NCBI GenBank assembly: GCA_963707955.1
Contig: OY970176.1
Span: 1,920,001 to 1,984,000, forward strand
Length of the DNA: 64,000 nt
Direction: 5' to 3'
Origin: Candidatus Bathyarchaeota archaeon
Lineage (GTDB): Archaea; Thermoproteota; Bathyarchaeia; Bathyarchaeales; Bathycorpusculaceae
In this document: piece by piece, positions 1 to 9,572 of the stretch
Position numbering within the stretch: the stretch's first letter is position 1
How the letters are laid out: every line of letters begins with the position of its first letter
Translations under genes and position numbers: made by a program
The notes under the pieces: generated by a model
The model's database searches: none
The model's input: only the letters and a program-made list of their open reading frames with translations
What the model was told of the DNA's origin: nothing

Positions 1-2
1 AC

Positions 3-137
3 GAAGACTACAACTTCCCAGTGCTGCATTTTGCCGAGTTACTCAGGATAGCGATGGGCATCAAACTGGAAGATTGGGAAGTAAAAGCCCACAGGATTCC
101 GATCACGAAAATATTGGACATGGCGGAGGCGAAATGA
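3..137 (+). CDS. hdrB: Heterodisulfide reductase subunit B, C-terminal fragment (gene runs off the window start)
   Basis: Not in the ORF track. Manual translation EDYNFPVLHFAELLRIAMGI...EAK* matches the HdrB C-terminal YNxPVLHxxxLLxxAMG pattern; directly upstream of hdrA-like genes. Confidence 0.7.
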   Translation, partial: EDYNFPVLHFAELLRIAMGIKLEDWEVKAHRIPITKILDMAEAK

Positions 138-138
138 T

Positions 139-1443
139 ATGCCGAAAGCAGTCATGGTAGTAGGAGGCGGCATAGCAGGCATACAAGCTTCTCTAGACTT
201 GGCGAACAGGGGACTAAAAGTATACTTGGTTGAGAAGAGACCAAGCATAGGCGGAAGGATGGCACAGTTAGATAAGACTTTCCCGACGATGGACTGTTCG
301 ATGTGCATTCTAGCGCCAAAGATGATAGAGTGCTCTCACCACCCGAACGTTCAACTATTGACTTATTCGGAAGTGAAGGCTGTAAAGGGCTCGGCTGGCA
401 ACTTCAAGGTCACAGTTCTCAAGAAGCCGAGATATGTTGACGAGAAAAAGTGCAGCGGATGCCTGATCTGCGCGCAGAACTGCCCCACTGAAGCACTCAA
501 CGAGTTTGATGAATACATAGGCGTGAGAAAGGCTATCTACATGCCCTTCATGCAGGCAGTTCCGAGGGTCGCAGTCATAGACAAGGAAGACTGCGTTGAG
601 TGCGGACTTTGCGACAAGGTCTGCCCAAACAAGGCCGTGAACAGAGCTCAACAACCAGAAGAGATTGAACTTGACGTTGGAGCGATAGTTCTTGCAACAG
701 GCTTCGACGTGTTCAACCCCTCAGTGATAACACAATACGGATACAAGCGCTTCAAGAACGTCGTTACAGCCATGGAACTCGAACGCCTTCTGTGCGCATC
801 AGGTCCAACTGGCGGACATCTGATGAGACCATCAGATGGCAAGATACCAAGAAGCATAGCTTTCATTCAGTGCGTGGGTTCCCGTGACAGAAGAAGCTGG
901 ATCGGCCACTCCTACTGTTCAAGCATCTGCTGCAAGTATGCGGTCAAGGACGCGGTACTCATAAAAGAACATGAACCGAGTTCTCTCGTCACTATTTTCT
1001 ACATAGACATGCGGGCGTTCGGCAAAGGGTTCCAAGAGTTCGTGAACAGGGCGAAGTCCGAGTTTGGAGTAGAGTTCATTCGAAGCAACCCTGGAGAGAT
1101 CTCAGAGGACCCGAAGACGGGCAACTTGATCGTTTGCTTTGAGGACCCGATAACCCGAACCGTTCAGAGTATCCCCTTTGACCTGGTGGTGCTGAGTCCA
1201 GCCTTGGTCCCAAGCGAAGGGGTTGCGGAGCTGTCGAAGACGGTGGGAGTGCAGCTGGACAATTATGGATTCTTCAAGCTGGAAGATTCGGTGAGAAGAC
1301 CGTTGGACACCACTGTGCCAGGCATTTTTGCCTGTGGTTATTGCGTGGGTCCCAAGACTGGGGATATTCCGGACTCGATAACTCAGGGAAGCGCCACGGC
1401 CGGTCGAGTGGCTGAACTCTTGAAGATTAAGGAGGCAGCATAG
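139..1443 (+). CDS. hdrA: HdrA-like FAD/4Fe-4S protein (FAD domain with inserted 2x[4Fe-4S] ferredoxin; no N-terminal domain)
   Basis: GGGIAG, IGGRMAQLDKTFPTMDCSMC, CxxCxxCxxxCP twice, QCVGSRD...YCSSICC. Confidence 0.9.
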   Translation: MPKAVMVVGGGIAGIQASLDLANRGLKVYLVEKRPSIGGRMAQLDKTFPTMDCSMCILAPKMIECSHHPNVQLLTYSEVKAVKGSAGNFKVTVLKKPRYVDEKKCSGCLICAQNCPTEALNEFDEYIGVRKAIYMPFMQAVPRVAVIDKEDCVECGLCDKVCPNKAVNRAQQPEEIELDVGAIVLATGFDVFNPSVITQYGYKRFKNVVTAMELERLLCASGPTGGHLMRPSDGKIPRSIAFIQCVGSRDRRSWIGHSYCSSICCKYAVKDAVLIKEHEPSSLVTIFYIDMRAFGKGFQEFVNRAKSEFGVEFIRSNPGEISEDPKTGNLIVCFEDPITRTVQSIPFDLVVLSPALVPSEGVAELSKTVGVQLDNYGFFKLEDSVRRPLDTTVPGIFACGYCVGPKTGDIPDSITQGSATAGRVAELLKIKEAA

Positions 1444-3231
1444 ATGACGGAAGAACCACGCGTAGGCGTCTTCATCTGCAGCTGCGGAGTCAACATAGGC
1501 GGTGTAGTCAACGTTCCAGAAGTCACTGAGTACGCCAAGAAACTTCGGAATGTAGCTCACGCCGAATACAACCTCTACACGTGCTCAGAAGCTGGGTTGG
1601 ACGCCATAAAAGAAGCAATCAAGGAGCACGGTCTGAACCGTGTTGTTGTCGCATCCTGCACGCCGAGAACGCACGAGCCCTTGTTCCGGGCTTGCTGCAG
1701 GGAGGCAGGCTTGAACCCATACCTGTTCGAAATGGCCAACCTCCGCGAACATGTCAGCTGGGTGCACGGGCATGAGCATCAGAAAGCGACAGAAAAGGCT
1801 AAGGACATCGTCAGGATGGCTGTGGCAAAAGCTGCTCTGCTTGAGCCTGAGACTGAACCGGAGGTTGAGGTTAAGGATGTTTCGCTCGTGATCGGAGCGG
1901 GAGTGGCTGGGTTATCAGCAGCGATTTCCATGGCAAACCAGGGCTTCAAGGTGTACTTGGCCGAGAAGGAGAAGGAACCAGGCGGGATTACACGTTGGCT
2001 TTACAAACTGTACCCAACACTGGAAGATTCCTCCGAAGTTGTCGGACCCATGGTGAAAGCCGTGAAGTCTCACGAGAACATTGAACTCATGACATCAACA
2101 ACCCTCAAGGACGTCAGCGGCTACGTTGGTAACTTCAACGCTGTCCTGACAGGCCCGAAAGGTGATGAGGAAGTTAAAGTTGGGACGATAATAGTGGCCT
2201 CCGGCTCCTCTAACTACACGCCTCCGAACGGCTTCTACCAGTATGGCGTGAGCGACCACGTGATAACCCAGAGAGAACTCGACGGGATGCTTAGAAAAGA
2301 CGAGCTTGGGACGCCGGAAAGAGTCGTCATGATACAATGCGTCGGAGCAAGGAAAGGTGAAATCCGACCGTCCGAGCTTGAGGCCTTTCCAAAATCCGAC
2401 ACAGCCGAGCTTCTCAGAAAGATCCTCAAAGCACGAAAGGAGGAAGGATGGCCCTACTGTTCAAGAATCTGCTGCATGAACGCCATAAAGAACGCTATAC
2501 TTGTGAAAGAAAGATCACCCAAAACGGACGTAGTCGTACTCTTTGGAGACCTAAGAGTCTACAAGGAATACGAAGACTTCTATCGGAAGGCAAGAGATCT
2601 TGAAGTGAGGTTTGTGAGGCACATTGAGGTGAAGCCCGAAGTTGTACAGGAGCAGGGCGGCAAGCTCGCAGTAATAGCCTATGACGCGTTATCCGGCCTT
2701 GAGGTCAGATTCCCATCAGACTGGGTTGTTCTTTCAACCCCGCTCATTCCCAACAAGGATGAGATAACGCTTGGAAGAATGCTGAAGGTTCCGATAGGAA
2801 CCGACGGTTTCATGATGGAAGCACACTTGAAGCTCAGACCAGTGGACACGAACGTGGACGGCGTTTTCGTCGCGGGCACCGTTTCCGGCCCGAAGGACGT
2901 TTCAGAGAGCATAATCGGGGGCGAAGCAGCGGCGGCTAGAGCGTCAATCCTGATGGGTAACAGAAAGGTCAGAACAGAAGCCATAACAGCGGTCGTGGAC
3001 GAGGATCAATGCATCGGGTGTGGCCTGTGCGAGGAGATCTGTCCCTACGGGGCGCCAAAGGTTCAGGATGGCAAGTCAAAAGTCCTAGAGGTGCTCTGCA
3101 GAGGATGCGGTTCATGCGCCGCGGAGTGTCCGAAACGGGCAATAACGATGCGTCACTTCAGCGAAGATCAGATACTTGCTCAAGTGAAGGCGCTTCTGAT
3201 GCCTGAGGCCCTAAAGGAGGTAGCATCCTAA
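1444..3231 (+). CDS. hdrA: HdrA-like protein (N-terminal CxCG domain, FAD domain, C-terminal ferredoxin)
   Basis: VGVFICSCG, VVVASCTPRTHEPLF, EMANLRE, GAGVAG, YCSRICC, EAHLKLRPVD, two C-terminal CxxCxxCxxxCP. Confidence 0.9.
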   Translation: MTEEPRVGVFICSCGVNIGGVVNVPEVTEYAKKLRNVAHAEYNLYTCSEAGLDAIKEAIKEHGLNRVVVASCTPRTHEPLFRACCREAGLNPYLFEMANLREHVSWVHGHEHQKATEKAKDIVRMAVAKAALLEPETEPEVEVKDVSLVIGAGVAGLSAAISMANQGFKVYLAEKEKEPGGITRWLYKLYPTLEDSSEVVGPMVKAVKSHENIELMTSTTLKDVSGYVGNFNAVLTGPKGDEEVKVGTIIVASGSSNYTPPNGFYQYGVSDHVITQRELDGMLRKDELGTPERVVMIQCVGARKGEIRPSELEAFPKSDTAELLRKILKARKEEGWPYCSRICCMNAIKNAILVKERSPKTDVVVLFGDLRVYKEYEDFYRKARDLEVRFVRHIEVKPEVVQEQGGKLAVIAYDALSGLEVRFPSDWVVLSTPLIPNKDEITLGRMLKVPIGTDGFMMEAHLKLRPVDTNVDGVFVAGTVSGPKDVSESIIGGEAAAARASILMGNRKVRTEAITAVVDEDQCIGCGLCEEICPYGAPKVQDGKSKVLEVLCRGCGSCAAECPKRAITMRHFSEDQILAQVKALLMPEALKEVAS

Positions 3232-3690
3232 ATGGCGAAACAAGACGTTCTTGGAGAGAAGACGAAGGAGGAGTTTGAACCAGTAATCGTCGCATACTGC
3301 TGCAACTGGTGCTCCTACGCAGGCGCAGACTTGGCAGGGACGAGTCGATTCGAATATCCGACAAACATCAGAATCGTTCGAATAATGTGCACCGGCAGAA
3401 TGGACCCGACGCTAGTGCTGGAAGCACTGAGCATGGGAGCCGATGCCGTCATAATCGCTGGTTGTCACCCAGGTGACTGTCACTACCAAAAGGGCAACTA
3501 CATGATGGAAAAGAGGTTTGAGTACATCAAGAAAGCTGTTCAGAGCATAGGCATTGAGCCGGAACGCGTGAGGCTCGAGTGGATCTCAGCGAGTGAGGGA
3601 GGAAAGTGGGCAGTTCTGATCAGAGAGATGACGGAGCAAGTGAAGGCCTTGGGGCCCAGTCCTTTCCGAGTAACCGCGAACTCGAAGTAG
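3232..3690 (+). CDS. mvhD: Methyl-viologen-reducing hydrogenase delta subunit ([2Fe-2S], MvhD/FlpD)
   Basis: CCNWCSYAGADLAG, MCTGR, GCHPGDCHY, WISASEG motifs. Confidence 0.93.
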   Translation: MAKQDVLGEKTKEEFEPVIVAYCCNWCSYAGADLAGTSRFEYPTNIRIVRIMCTGRMDPTLVLEALSMGADAVIIAGCHPGDCHYQKGNYMMEKRFEYIKKAVQSIGIEPERVRLEWISASEGGKWAVLIREMTEQVKALGPSPFRVTANSK

Positions 3691-4043
3691 GTGAAAATGA
3701 TGAGCGAAAAGAAGGAGAAGATGAAGAGAAGGACTGACGCGACAATAGATGCTTTCAAGTCTCAGAGATTACGGTGGGTCATGGGAAGATCGCAGATAAA
3801 AGTTGAAGTCGATGAAGACAAGTACAAGAAAGCAGTGGATTCGATTATGCGCGATGAGGTTGAAGAAACCTGATCAAGGGTGCACTCAAGGAAAAAGGCC
3901 CGCTTACCGTGGAAGAGATCTCGCAGTTAACCGGGCTTCAGCCCAGCGTGATAGTTCAGCACATCATAGCACTCAGAAAGAACGGCGTTATCGCGGAAGC
4001 TGGAGAAAAGAACAGGCAATATCTCTACACTTGCATAGCTTAG
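3691..4043 (+). pseudogene. Winged-helix protein resembling the C-terminal extension of long MvhD proteins; frameshifted near 3864
   Basis: First frame ...IMRDEVE stops at 3873; the -1 frame continues RNLIKGALKEKGPLTVEEISQLTGLQPSVIVQHIIAL...* to 4043 and aligns with ORF 4766-5023. Confidence 0.7.
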
Positions 4044-4136
4044 CAAGCTAGCGCATATAGTAGGTGGACTTTTCCAAGTTGACTCCCCCGTGTTTTTAGG
4101 TAACGTCAGTGGTAATGTTGTGTGGTAACGAGCCTT

Positions 4137-4309
4137 GAAGAGGCAGGCATGGCGTTTTCCGATGGCCGATGGTTACTGGCACGGTTCGAGTGGGTGTTTG
4201 TGTGCTCACGCCCTTCCCCTGGGTATGCTATATGATCCAAATATGGTTGAAGCGCAAAATGAGTAGCACAAGCTACTTCCCAAAAGAATTCAGGAACACG
4301 CTAGCGCGC
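4137..4309 (+). repeat. Copy of a small non-coding repeated element (MITE-like), left end degenerate
   Basis: Aligns by eye with 56083-56249 (shared ctatatgatccaaatatg, aatgagtagc, gaattcaggaac.cgctagcgcg). Confidence 0.75.
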
Positions 4310-4336
4310 GGAGCAAACGGCAACGCTTTCTCCTGA

Positions 4337-4696
4337 CTACAGTTTTTCTATGCACTCTGGATGTATGTCTCCGGGAAAGTCGTGGTCGTAAAAGTAGATT
4401 CTGCTCTTTTCTACATCGACTTCAGCACGGTCATGTACGGTCGCTCGATTCAAAAGATTCTGGTAGTCCTCGGTGCTCGAAATCTGAACCTTTCTGAGAA
4501 GTTTTTCTTTGGTGCTTAACGGTTTCTGGCAGACTTCGCAGAGCATTTCGACTACGCGGATTAATTCGAAGCATTTGCCTCTTAGTTCCTCAAACTTGAC
4601 TTCTGTCAGATCTTTTCTCAAGAGAGTCTCCGTTCTTGAATGTTCGTAAATCTGAGATATAATTGTATGCATGTCCTGCACGCCGGAAAGGGACAT
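4337..4696 (-). CDS. Hypothetical protein, possibly Zn-binding (CxxC...HxxC)
   Basis: 119-aa ORF with CEVC and HPEC; fills an otherwise empty interval. Confidence 0.55.
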   Translation of the reverse strand: MSLSGVQDMHTIISQIYEHSRTETLLRKDLTEVKFEELRGKCFELIRVVEMLCEVCQKPLSTKEKLLRKVQISSTEDYQNLLNRATVHDRAEVDVEKSRIYFYDHDFPGDIHPECIEKL

Positions 4697-4765
4697 CTGA
4701 TTTTGATTTGCATCGGAATCATTTTTATATACAGCCTACCGACCTGAGTTAGTCTTCTCAAGGAA

Positions 4766-5023
4766 GTGGCACGCTTGTCTGAAAAACTGAAGATAAGCCC
4801 GGAAAAAGCGAAAGAGATGCAGGAGCGCAATAAGGAGAGAAACCTGATAGTTCAGGCAATGAAGAATCACGACTCATTGACTGTTGAGGAAATTTCAAAG
4901 GTCACAGGCATTGAAAAGTCGAGGGTTTTGAGACACCTGATTGCGATGACAGCGTTTGGAAAAGTGCAGATTGCGGGGGACCGAGACAACCAAATCGTCT
5001 ATAGCCTGCCAAAAGAAGACTAG
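4766..5023 (+). CDS. Small winged-helix (HTH) protein
   Basis: LTVEEISKVTGIEKSRVLRHL HTH pattern; TATA-like tttttatata about 40 nt upstream. Confidence 0.75.
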   Translation: MARLSEKLKISPEKAKEMQERNKERNLIVQAMKNHDSLTVEEISKVTGIEKSRVLRHLIAMTAFGKVQIAGDRDNQIVYSLPKED

Positions 5024-5033
5024 TTTTGGGGAA

Positions 5034-7856
5034 CTAGGTTTCCGCGTTTTCCAAGATGTCGTTTTGTGACGCGTCAGTTCTCTCTGCTTGTTCCTGTCTT
5101 AGTGGTTCCTGAGATTCTTGTTGTGCCTTCTCGGCGGTTTGACTCTCTGAGCATGGAACTTGCTCTTCCTCTCTCAAGTTAACTGTTGCTTTAACCGTGC
5201 CATCACCTGCGTACTCAGTCGTGAAGCCCATCTTCTTCATGAGGCTGATGGCTCTGTAGTTGTCTGGAAGTATTATGGCGTAGACGGTTTCAACTTTCAT
5301 GTCTTTGCAGATTTCAAGCGCATAATCAACCATTTTTGTGCCCAAGCCGAGACCTTGCCATGGATCAGCAACGATGAAGGCTATTTCGCCTTTTTTCCCG
5401 TCTGGTTCAATGCTGACCCTTGTGACTCCGAGAATTTTTCTGCGGCCATCTTCCGTCAGTTCTGGCACTATGGCTATTTCTCTGTCGTAGTCAATGTTGC
5501 AGTAGCGGACTCTGGTCTCGTGTGGCGTGTCTTTCAGTATTTGGAAGAAGCGGTAGCGTATCGATTCTTCTGAAAAGTTCTGGAACATTTCCAGCCACAA
5601 GGGTTCGTCCTCGGGCTTTATTGGTCTCAGAATGACTGTGCGGCCGTCTCGAAGTTTCCACATTGTTTCGTATTTTTTCGGGTAAGGAGTTATCACCAGG
5701 TGCTCGTGAGGCTCAAGCTTCTTGAACACGCGGTCCTTGTCGATCACGATGCGGGCGTCAAGTGCAATTGCTTCTTTCTCGTTAATGAACAGCGGATTGA
5801 TGTCAACTTCCCTGAGCTGTGGAAAGTCCACGAGCATCTGGCTGAATCGCACGAGTATCTCTTCGAGGAGTTTGATGTTAGCTGGCGGCACGTTTCTGTA
5901 ACCTCTTAGAAGCTGGTAGACCTTTGTCTCCTCCATCATTCTTCGAACCAGGGTTTGATTAAGCGGGGGAATTCCGAGGGCAAAATCTTTGAACAGTTCG
6001 ACGCCGACGCCTCCCATTCCGAACAGTATCACAGGACCGAACAGGGGGTCGGCTTTTGCGCCAATTATGACTTCATAGCCTTGCTTCTTCACCATGGGTT
6101 GCACGGTGACGCCCAGAATCTCAGCGTTCGGGTTGTGTTCTTTACCCGCTTTCACAATATGGTTGAAAGCGTTTCGAACTTCGGTTTCGTTGCCGATGTC
6201 GAGTACGACGCCGCCTGCGTCCGTTTTGTGCACTATCTGGGGAGAGACGATTTTGAGCACAACAGGGTAGCCTATCTGCTGGGCCAAGAGGGCAGCTTCG
6301 TCTTCAGTTCGGGCAACTCTTGTCTTGACGACGGGTAGATTGTAGTACTCCAAGAAGGTCTTGGCTTCAGCTTCATTCATTGTTTCGCGGTTCTCGCTTG
6401 CGACGTTTCTCATTATCGCCATTAGTGGCCGCTTCGGCGGGACAACGTCAACTGGAAGTTCTTCAGGTGTCTCGTACTGTAGCTCCAGGTTGCGTTTGTA
6501 CTGGTACATGTAGTGATAAGTCTTGATTGCTTGTTCAGGTGTGGAGTATGTGGGGATGCTGTTCTCGTGAAATACGCGGTTGGCCTCTTCCACGGCTCCG
6601 TAACCCATGAAAGAAGTCAAGATCGTCTTGTTTAGGGAACCTCTGCTCTTACACAGTTCCACGATGCTCTTGGCAACTGCAACGGGTTCAGCAACTGCTT
6701 GAGCGGTGTATATTATGGCTATGCCGTCGACGTTTTCATCGTCTAGGCAGGCTTCAACCACTGCTCTGTACCTGTCAGCCTTGGCGTCTCCCAGAATGTC
6801 AATTGGATTCCCTCTGCTCCAGTAGTGCGGTAAGATGCTGTTGAGTTTCTCCATTGTCTTTTCACTGAGTTTAGCCAGCTTTCCTCCGCGAGCTATGAGG
6901 GCGTCGGTCGCCATCACTCCTGGGCCGCCTGCGTTTGTGATTATGGCAAGGTTTGGACCTTGTGGCAGAGGTTGCATGCCCAAGACTTCGGCACAGTTGA
7001 AAAGGTCAGCGATGTCATCTACACGGACCATTCCGGCACGCTTGAACGCCTTGTCGTATATCAAATCCTCACCCGTCAGTGAGCCTGTGTGCGAAGCAGC
7101 AGCTTTGGCGCTTTCGCTGAACTTTCCAGCTTTAATCACGATTATCGGTTTGGTTCTTGCGAAGTGTCTGGCCGCGCTCATAAATCCTCGAGCGTCGGTT
7201 ATTCCTTCTATGTACATGAGAATGCTTCTTGTCTTAGGGTCGGTGCCGAAATAGTCTATTAGATCACCAAAATCGACGTCAACCATTGAACCCAAGGAGA
7301 CGAAGTTGCTGAAGCCAATGTTTTCATGCATCGCCCAGTCGAGGATAGCGGAGCCTAACGCACCGCTCTGTGATAGAAAGGCTATTTTGCCTGGTTTCGG
7401 CATCTTACTCATGAAAGTAGCGTTGAGACTGATGCTCGGACGAATGACGCCCAGGCAGTTGGGCCCCACGATCCGCATGCCATATTTCTTCCTGATTTCG
7501 GTGATCCTGTCTTCCAGTGCCCTGCCTTCGGGCCCGATCTCTTTAAAGCCTGCTGAAATTATGATCACGCCGTTTATTCCGGCTTTTCCACACTGCTCAA
7601 GCACGTCTGGGACAGTTCTGCTAGGAGTGGCGATTACGGCAAGGTCAACTGTTTCAGGAATCTGCTCCACGCTTGCGTAGGCCTTGAGGCCAAGAATCTC
7701 GCTCTTGTGAAGGTTGACTGGGAAAATCTTTCCCTCAAACTTCAAGTCTATGAAATTCTTAATGAGTGCATACCCAACAGAGCCCACTTCGTCACTGGCT
7801 CCGACCACAGCGATGGTCTTGGGATTAAAAATCTTGTCCAGGTTCAACGTAACCAA
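5034..7856 (-). CDS. ADP-forming acyl-CoA synthetase alpha/beta fused to a C-terminal GNAT domain (Pat-type architecture)
   Basis: IAVVGAS, GPNCLG, SQSGALG, SHTGSL, NPIDILGDA, ATP-grasp HKTDAGGV and DINPL, GNAT VADPWQGLGLGT. Confidence 0.9.
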   Translation of the reverse strand: MVTLNLDKIFNPKTIAVVGASDEVGSVGYALIKNFIDLKFEGKIFPVNLHKSEILGLKAYASVEQIPETVDLAVIATPSRTVPDVLEQCGKAGINGVIIISAGFKEIGPEGRALEDRITEIRKKYGMRIVGPNCLGVIRPSISLNATFMSKMPKPGKIAFLSQSGALGSAILDWAMHENIGFSNFVSLGSMVDVDFGDLIDYFGTDPKTRSILMYIEGITDARGFMSAARHFARTKPIIVIKAGKFSESAKAAASHTGSLTGEDLIYDKAFKRAGMVRVDDIADLFNCAEVLGMQPLPQGPNLAIITNAGGPGVMATDALIARGGKLAKLSEKTMEKLNSILPHYWSRGNPIDILGDAKADRYRAVVEACLDDENVDGIAIIYTAQAVAEPVAVAKSIVELCKSRGSLNKTILTSFMGYGAVEEANRVFHENSIPTYSTPEQAIKTYHYMYQYKRNLELQYETPEELPVDVVPPKRPLMAIMRNVASENRETMNEAEAKTFLEYYNLPVVKTRVARTEDEAALLAQQIGYPVVLKIVSPQIVHKTDAGGVVLDIGNETEVRNAFNHIVKAGKEHNPNAEILGVTVQPMVKKQGYEVIIGAKADPLFGPVILFGMGGVGVELFKDFALGIPPLNQTLVRRMMEETKVYQLLRGYRNVPPANIKLLEEILVRFSQMLVDFPQLREVDINPLFINEKEAIALDARIVIDKDRVFKKLEPHEHLVITPYPKKYETMWKLRDGRTVILRPIKPEDEPLWLEMFQNFSEESIRYRFFQILKDTPHETRVRYCNIDYDREIAIVPELTEDGRRKILGVTRVSIEPDGKKGEIAFIVADPWQGLGLGTKMVDYALEICKDMKVETVYAIILPDNYRAISLMKKMGFTTEYAGDGTVKATVNLREEEQVPCSESQTAEKAQQESQEPLRQEQAERTDASQNDILENAET

Positions 7857-8044
7857 AGGTACAACCTTCTGAGTCTAGGTCTTGATGTTTTAGGGAAAAT
7901 TAAAACTTTATGTCTCAACAATACAGCATTTGCTTGGAAAACTCTCCTCTCAGCCCTTTCTGGCAGAAGCAAAGTCTCTATATTCAGAAACGCTTAATTC
8001 AACGTTTTCTTTACGGGAAATAATCACTGGAAGCGACGACACCG

Positions 8045-8905
8045 ATGCGTGCACATAGTAAGCAGGTCTCAGGCAGCGAGCGTGAAACCGGTCGCAGAGA
8101 AGAACCATTAGCGTTGATCTTCATCTACAGTGGAGAGTTTGCAGAACGAGTGATTAGGAATTTGATAAACGATCCCAGCTTCTGCAAGTCCTGCGACCTG
8201 TCCTGTGACTCTTGCAAGTACGGCGTGTACAGTCACGTTCAGAACGTTCGAGCAGCCGTGGAACTGCCGAGCCCTTCTGATCTTCCAGCTTTCATAGACT
8301 TTCCAGAAAAACATATGCCGAAGAACATTCCTCGGGCTGATTTATGCGTTGCCTCAGGTTTGCACAAAGACCTGCTGCTTGAACTGCCAAACCACTTGAA
8401 GAAAGCCGGAGTGAAAGGTTTGATCGTGCCGATAGAAGACTTCGTAGACGTTCCCACAGGCTTAATAAAGCAGGTGGAGGAAAAGTGTCGAGAACTAGGC
8501 TTGGAAGTTGCGTTTCCAAAACCCTTCTGTTCGCTGAAACCGTCAGCAAGCACACCGATAATATCGAGGTTCATAACTGAACTCAACGTTGGAAGACCTT
8601 CCCTTGAAATTTCAACTGTTAAAAGAGGCGGCCACGAATTGATAGATTCTGCCATTGTAAGACGAAGCGCCCCATGCGGCTCCACATGGTACGTAGCAAG
8701 AAAATTGATAGGAACCGAAACGAAAACGGACACGCTTTATGACGCTGTGGCAAAGGCCCATCACAGTTACCCGTGCACTGCGACGATGGGAGTGGATCCA
8801 GAAACGAAGGAGCCGATACTTCACATGGGAGGCTACGTAATACGAGAAGAAGTGGAGAAAGCGCTGAAGACAGCTAAAATGAGACTTAAGGAAAAACGAA
8901 AATAG
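8045..8905 (+). CDS. DUF166-family protein with a Cys-rich insert
   Basis: FPKPFCSL, RSAPCGSTWYVA, HHSYPCTATM motifs; CKSCDLSCDSC insert; true start may be downstream. Confidence 0.7.
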   Translation: MRAHSKQVSGSERETGRREEPLALIFIYSGEFAERVIRNLINDPSFCKSCDLSCDSCKYGVYSHVQNVRAAVELPSPSDLPAFIDFPEKHMPKNIPRADLCVASGLHKDLLLELPNHLKKAGVKGLIVPIEDFVDVPTGLIKQVEEKCRELGLEVAFPKPFCSLKPSASTPIISRFITELNVGRPSLEISTVKRGGHELIDSAIVRRSAPCGSTWYVARKLIGTETKTDTLYDAVAKAHHSYPCTATMGVDPETKEPILHMGGYVIREEVEKALKTAKMRLKEKRK

Positions 8906-8952
8906 GTCAGTTAATGGCTTTACTGTCTAAGAAAGCTCTGGAGACCTGTTAG

Positions 8953-8969
8953 GTGAAGATTGCAGTTTC
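8953..8969 (+). repeat. 17-bp direct repeat GTGAAGATTGCAGTTTC (candidate attL)
   Basis: Identical to 26227-26243, the first 17 nt of cooC. Confidence 0.5.
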
Positions 8970-9320
8970 CACAATTATTGGCGACGTCTTCCGCAAACCC
9001 TTTTTTTCTTAAGAACGAGTGTTTGAAATGCGTCCGATTCTGAAGAGTATCGTGACGGAGGGAGCAGACGGGACTGCGGCGCTCAGAATGATTTTCGTTT
9101 ATGATTTTTCGTTGGAGGATCCGATGCGCGCGCTAAACAATTAAAGAACTCTCAAACGGCGAAGTTATCGTCATGCGCGTCCTGTGACCTACCCTCCTCT
9201 AGTATTTTTCCGAGCTTCTAAGAGTCTCCCTGCAGAAGCTTAAACGTCCGCGGAGAGAGCGTGTTAGAAGCGAGGCTGGAAGTGGGCCCTGACTTGTTTT
9301 GCGCTTGAAGTCTGGGGTGA

Positions 9321-9458
9321 GGCAGAGCGAAGAAACGAGTAGAATGGAAGCTCGAAGAGGAGCTGGTTGATCGCATCGACAGGGTAGCTGAGCTTCTCAA
9401 GTCGAACAGGACAGACATCATCAGAAGCGCATGCATCGCTTATTTGAAGATCCGATAG
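9321..9458 (+). pseudogene. Ribbon-helix-helix (CopG-like) protein lacking a start codon
   Basis: Manual translation AKKRVEWKLEEELVDRIDRVAELLKSNRTDIIRSACIAYLKIR*; SD-like GGGGTGA upstream but AGA where a start is expected. Confidence 0.6.
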
Positions 9459-9572
9459 GTATAGGCTCTAGGAAGGGCATCAAGGGTAGAATATGCGATT
9501 TATGAGCGCTCGCCCCCGCTATTGCACAAGCCTTAAATTCTTTTTCAGATGTCGTTCATGATGGTGAATAAA

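Noticed and set aside
139-3690. Selenocysteine recoding in hdrA or mvhD
   Set aside because: No in-frame TGA; the motif positions are Cys
3856-3873. Canonical programmed -1 frameshift
   Set aside because: No X XXY YYZ slippery heptamer or obvious downstream structure; an indel is more parsimonious
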